DNA of 39,124 nucleotides from Reclinomonas americana ATCC 50394 (taxonomy: Eukaryota), in assembly GCA_048213135.1 (NCBI GenBank), contig PS015623.1:45103-84226 (forward strand). The letters run 5' to 3'. Shown piece after piece: positions 35,109 to 39,124 of this stretch. The notes under the pieces were generated by a model that worked only from the letters and a program-made list of their open reading frames with translations, made no database searches and was not told where the DNA came from. Position 1 is the stretch's first letter; every line of letters begins with the position of its first letter. The position numbers were made by a program, and so were the translations under genes.

Positions 35109-38100
35109 ATGAGCGTCTCCTTTGTCAACGCCGAGCGCCATGGCGGTGCCACCTTCTCCCCCTGGCGGCGATTCAGCGCGCCCGGCTACCGCGCACTGCA
35201 ATACACCGCCAGCAACACGCACGCCAGCTCGGCTGTCTCGTCGATCCTGGCCGGGCAGGTGAGGGTGGTGGCCGTGGAGAATGGCGATGGTGGAGGGCAG
35301 CAGGAGCAGGGAGGAGAGGGATCGGCGGGACTGGTGCTTCGGCATGGTCGCGCGTGGGAGGAGCGCGATGATGGGTGGTTGACTGGCGATTGTTGCGTCT
35401 GTGTGTCACTGCGCTGCCACTGTGTGTTGCTCACGTGTGTGTGTGAGATCATCAGTGCCGGAGGATGTTACGTGCTGGCGCTGTGTGTTCAGTGTGTTCG
35501 GACTCGGGATTTGATTGCTGTTTGTTGGTGCGAGCAGACGTGGCGCCACATCTTCTCGTTCTTGGATGTGACTGACTATCGACGCAACTGCTTTGTGTGC
35601 TCGAAGGTGTGGCTGGCTGTCTCTGTCTCTCGCTTTCCACCCTCACCTCTCTCTTCTCATCTCATGTTGCAGTGGTGTCGACTCTATCGGGAAAATGTTG
35701 GTGGTGCCGTGTTGCCGCTGGAGACGCGACAGGCGCGAGACTTTTTGCAGAGGTTCCCCGGACTTTGTCAGATCATTGGTGAGACGCACGTGTGGTTTGT
35801 TTATTGTTTGTTGTCTCATTGTGGCTGGCAGTCGGGGAGGGCACATCGACTGCCACACTGGCGGTGCTGATTGAGTACTTGAATGCGCCCAAGTGTGTGG
35901 TGGAGAGCCTCGTACTCCCGTCGAATGGTGATGTGCCTTTTGCTTTTCCCCTTCTGCTTCTCTCTTTCTGTCTCTCCGATGCTGACATACTGGAAAAAGT
36001 GCTGGAGCGAGTCGACATGCTGCGAGTGGTCATAGGTGGCAACGGCAGTGCGCCGAATCTGTGCCGATTGCAGCTGAGTGGACCCAGTTGCGTCTTCGAC
36101 TTGCTTTCCGCGAGTGCGTGTGTGCGTGAGCGCGCTGACCTGAGTGCGTCTGACAGTGGCACCGAGCGACATGGTGCGTTTCCCTCGCGACAGGATTCGA
36201 AGTCTGCGCGGTCTGTCGCTCTCTTTTCTCGCTGTGACTTCTCAGTTCTCACTCTCTCTCTCTGATAGTGGTCAGCGGCCCGCCGGCGCCGTACTTCCTC
36301 GAGGCGCCCGCATTCTACGAGCAGCTGTCGCTGGTGGATGCCCACCCCGCGAGTGTGCGAATGCTAAAGGATCACCTTCAGCTGCGGTCGCTGGAGCTGG
36401 TGATTGGTGCGTCATCGCGTCAGAATCTCCTCTCTCTCTCTCTCTCTCTTACCCACTGTCTCTCACCGAAAATTAAATCGCCCAGGTCGAGGACCGGCTG
36501 CGCAGGTCATGCTGCTGTCGGAGCTGCGCGAACTGATCGCCGCCGACGCCTTTCCGAATCTCGAGATATTGCTCGGTGAGTGTGCGATCAACAAATGCAC
36601 AATCACCACTTGCCGTCGTCTCTTTCTGACAAGAACAGTTGTTGCAGTGCGCGCAAATAGTGCATACGGCTACTCCGCTTCGGAAGATGTTTCGTTGGAC
36701 GCTGCACTGGTGGCATTCAGTCAGGTGCTGCCACGGCTTCGGCGCCTCAAGGTTCGCCGCGATGTGCGCCGTCCTGCTGCTCTTTCCCCCTATCTGCGAC
36801 GCTCACTCGTGCCACAGGTCTTGCAATTGGACGGTGTGCTCAGCCTGCCCGTGGTGCAAATGGGTATGGAGAATGGCCTCAGTCGTGGACTGGCGGCACT
36901 CGGTGCGGCGATTGCGGCCGGCAACACCATTCACTCCTTGTCGCTGATGGTGAGTTGCGACAACAGTGTGTGATGGGAATCGACTGTTGAAAATGGACCT
37001 GACTGTCCACCTTGTGCATGCAGTGCAACGGACTCACCACACTGGCGTCCTTCTTTGAGGGCATGCACGGACCCCACTGCCCGCTTCGTGAGCTTGCCCT
37101 CTCGCAGGTGCCGTCTGTGAGATAAGAAATGAGAGATGTATCATCGCGTGCTCATCTTTTGCTGTTGTGCTTTACAGAACACACTGGGTGACGCGGCCGT
37201 CGAGCACCTCGCGAAATACTCCGAGTCGCACATTGGTGGCATCAGGCGCATCGGTCTTGGTTGGAATCGTCTGACCAACGCTTCCGTACCGCATCTGGCC
37301 ACGCTCTTGCGACAAGAGTGGTTGGAGACGTTGGATCTGGAGCGTGCGTACGAGCCGCGGGATGGCGCCTGCCTTTTCCTGCCTTGTGTAGCTTACCTGC
37401 AGCATGCATGCGCAGGAAATCTGTTGCAAGATATCTCTCCACTGGCCGAGGCCATGGCAGTGGCACCACTCGAGTCCTACCTCTGTCGCTTGGAGTTGGG
37501 AGGCAATCTAGTTGGTGGCGACGACGCCATGCGTCTGGTGGAGGCCGCTCGTCAACGCCCAGCCCTCGGCTATCTAGGTACGTGTTTGTCGATTTTCAAA
37601 ACGGCGACAAGACGGCTTGGTCTCACATGAGTGTGTGTGTGTGTGCGTGGCAGGACTCACTGGTAACTGCATTCCGTTTGACATTGTGCAGCAGCTGGTA
37701 GCCGGTGGTCGGCCAGTAGAGTGTGGCAGTTGAGTCGTTTGGGAGGAGAAGGTATTCTCTTTTGTGGTTGTTGACCTCGGTCCGTGCAGGTCAGCGAGTC
37801 TACGTGGACTGGGGTGCCATTCGACGTGAGATCGAGCCTCCAGCACCGCCGACCAAAGTGTTTACATTGTCGGCCACCACAGAGTGGAAGCCGCCGACGG
37901 ATCGTGTCGACTGCCCGCCTCCGCCGGATAACTCGGTGTTTCTGAAAAACATTGCAGCGCCCGTGGACTCTGCGGTGCCAGGTGTGTTTCAGTTCAGCAT
38001 CAGACCCTTTCTCTTTCTCTCTCTCACTCTGTCGATCACCAGGCGGCAAGCCGTCTCTGTACATGTCGCCACCATCTGCCATGAGACCACCGCTGCAAAT

Positions 38101-38925
38101 GGCGACAGGCGCAGGTGGCGCACCGCCACTTGGCCAGCCGCGTTTGCCCCTGACTACGCCTCTGCCGCCGACATTTCCACGCACGACTCCTCTGCACAAT
38201 TCGATGGCACACACGACACTGACCAATTTGTCGGACATGGTGCAGCAAGGTGCGCCGCCATGCATGTGCACATTCAGTCTGTCCACTCGCTCCCGTCTCT
38301 CATGCGCCTGTTGTTTGTTATGCGCAGCTGCCGCTCGGCGACCATACATGCAGACAGCAGCTGCACCACCGTCATCAGCCACAGAATCGAAGTCGCCCGC
38401 GGACGCGATTCAGACGTTGGTTTCGGAGCTGCGACTAACCGAGAGTGGGACTGTTCCTGCTTCTGGTTTCATGGCTCGGACTGCCACCGAAGAATTCGAG
38501 AGTGCCGTGGCCTACCGTGCGCGAAGGATGAATGGCGACAAGGAGAAGTCGGCCGCGGCGGCGGCGGCGGCGGCGTCCAGCACCACACAAATTCGCCAGC
38601 CACTGCTTGGTGTGTGCCGTGTCATTGTGAGTTGCGGCGGGTTCACATTGTCCACTCACCTGCAGCACTTGCAGCTCTTCCGATGACGCGCCGATTCGAG
38701 AAGTTGCCTCCGGTGCCCACCAGAGAGCTCTTCCATGGAGGCATGCCAAGAGAAGAGGCGGCGGAGCCGATTCGCCCAATCAGATTGTATCCGGCGGACG
38801 ATAGTGACGATGAGGGTGAACCCCATTTTCATGTTACTCGCTACAACGGAGACGAGGAGATTGAACCTCGCTCTCGCACTTACGACGACGACGGCGGCGG
38901 CGACAGCGAGGACTCGGACGAATAA
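35109..38925 (+). CDS. F-box + RNI-like leucine-rich-repeat protein with a Pro-rich/acidic C-terminus (~18 introns)
   Basis: Spliced F-box DLPEDTWRHIFSFLDVTDYRRNCFVCSKWCRL; LRRs LSLMCNGL, LALSQNTLGD, IGLGWNRLT, LDLERNLL and LELGGNLVG; stop TAA at 38923-38925. The start codon and the 35928-36268 exon layout are uncertain. Confidence 0.8.
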
Positions 38926-38965
38926 TAAACAATCGCGACATCTCTCTGTACATTCTGTCGAATTC

Positions 38966-39082
38966 TCACACATCGGCGGGTGGAGTGGACGCCACGACAG
39001 CACCCTGCTGTCGCGTGAGAGCGGCCTCGAGTTCCCGAATGCGCGCCAAGTAGGCGCTCTCTCGCTCGGCAAACACACGGGC
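38966..39082 (-). CDS. Last exon of a convergent gene continuing beyond the window
   Basis: A pyrimidine-rich tract and CAG acceptor are followed by ARVFAERESAYLARIRELEAALTRQQGAVVASTPPADV-TGA (coiled-coil-like). Confidence 0.65.
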   Translation of the reverse strand, partial: ARVFAERESAYLARIRELEAALTRQQGAVVASTPPADV

Positions 39083-39124
39083 CTGGTGGTGGCGGGGGAA
39101 AGGGGAAGGGGGAGGGGAAATGGG

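Overview
This is eukaryotic nuclear DNA from a GC-rich, compact, very intron-dense genome, probably a flagellated protist. It uses the standard genetic code and comes from a draft assembly with three N-gaps and a probable 454-type TACG artefact at the left end. Splicing the exons by hand gives about 12 genes with roughly 130-135 introns, mostly 55-100 nt. The genes are two unknowns, a possible MED30-like protein, a CCDC148 homologue, Sec61beta, a low-complexity protein, FAB1/PIKfyve (~41 introns), ESF1 (truncated by a gap), a giant Ig-like + coiled-coil protein (~47 introns), mitochondrial uL30, an F-box/LRR protein and the last exon of a convergent gene. The main finding is a second, abundant class of 5' splice site shifted by one nucleotide. 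It reads GTTGCGT (20 introns), with about 10 variants such as GTTACGT and GTTGAGT, i.e. the organism's usual GTGCGT/GTACGT/GTGAGT donor with an extra T. It occurs almost only when the last exon base is not G (19 of 20). It has neither -1G nor +5G, yet using it restores conserved motifs in Sec61beta, ESF1, PIKfyve and an F-box. GC-AG introns, micro-exons and 40-143 bp intergenic spacers are also present. All gene models and counts are manual and have no transcript support.
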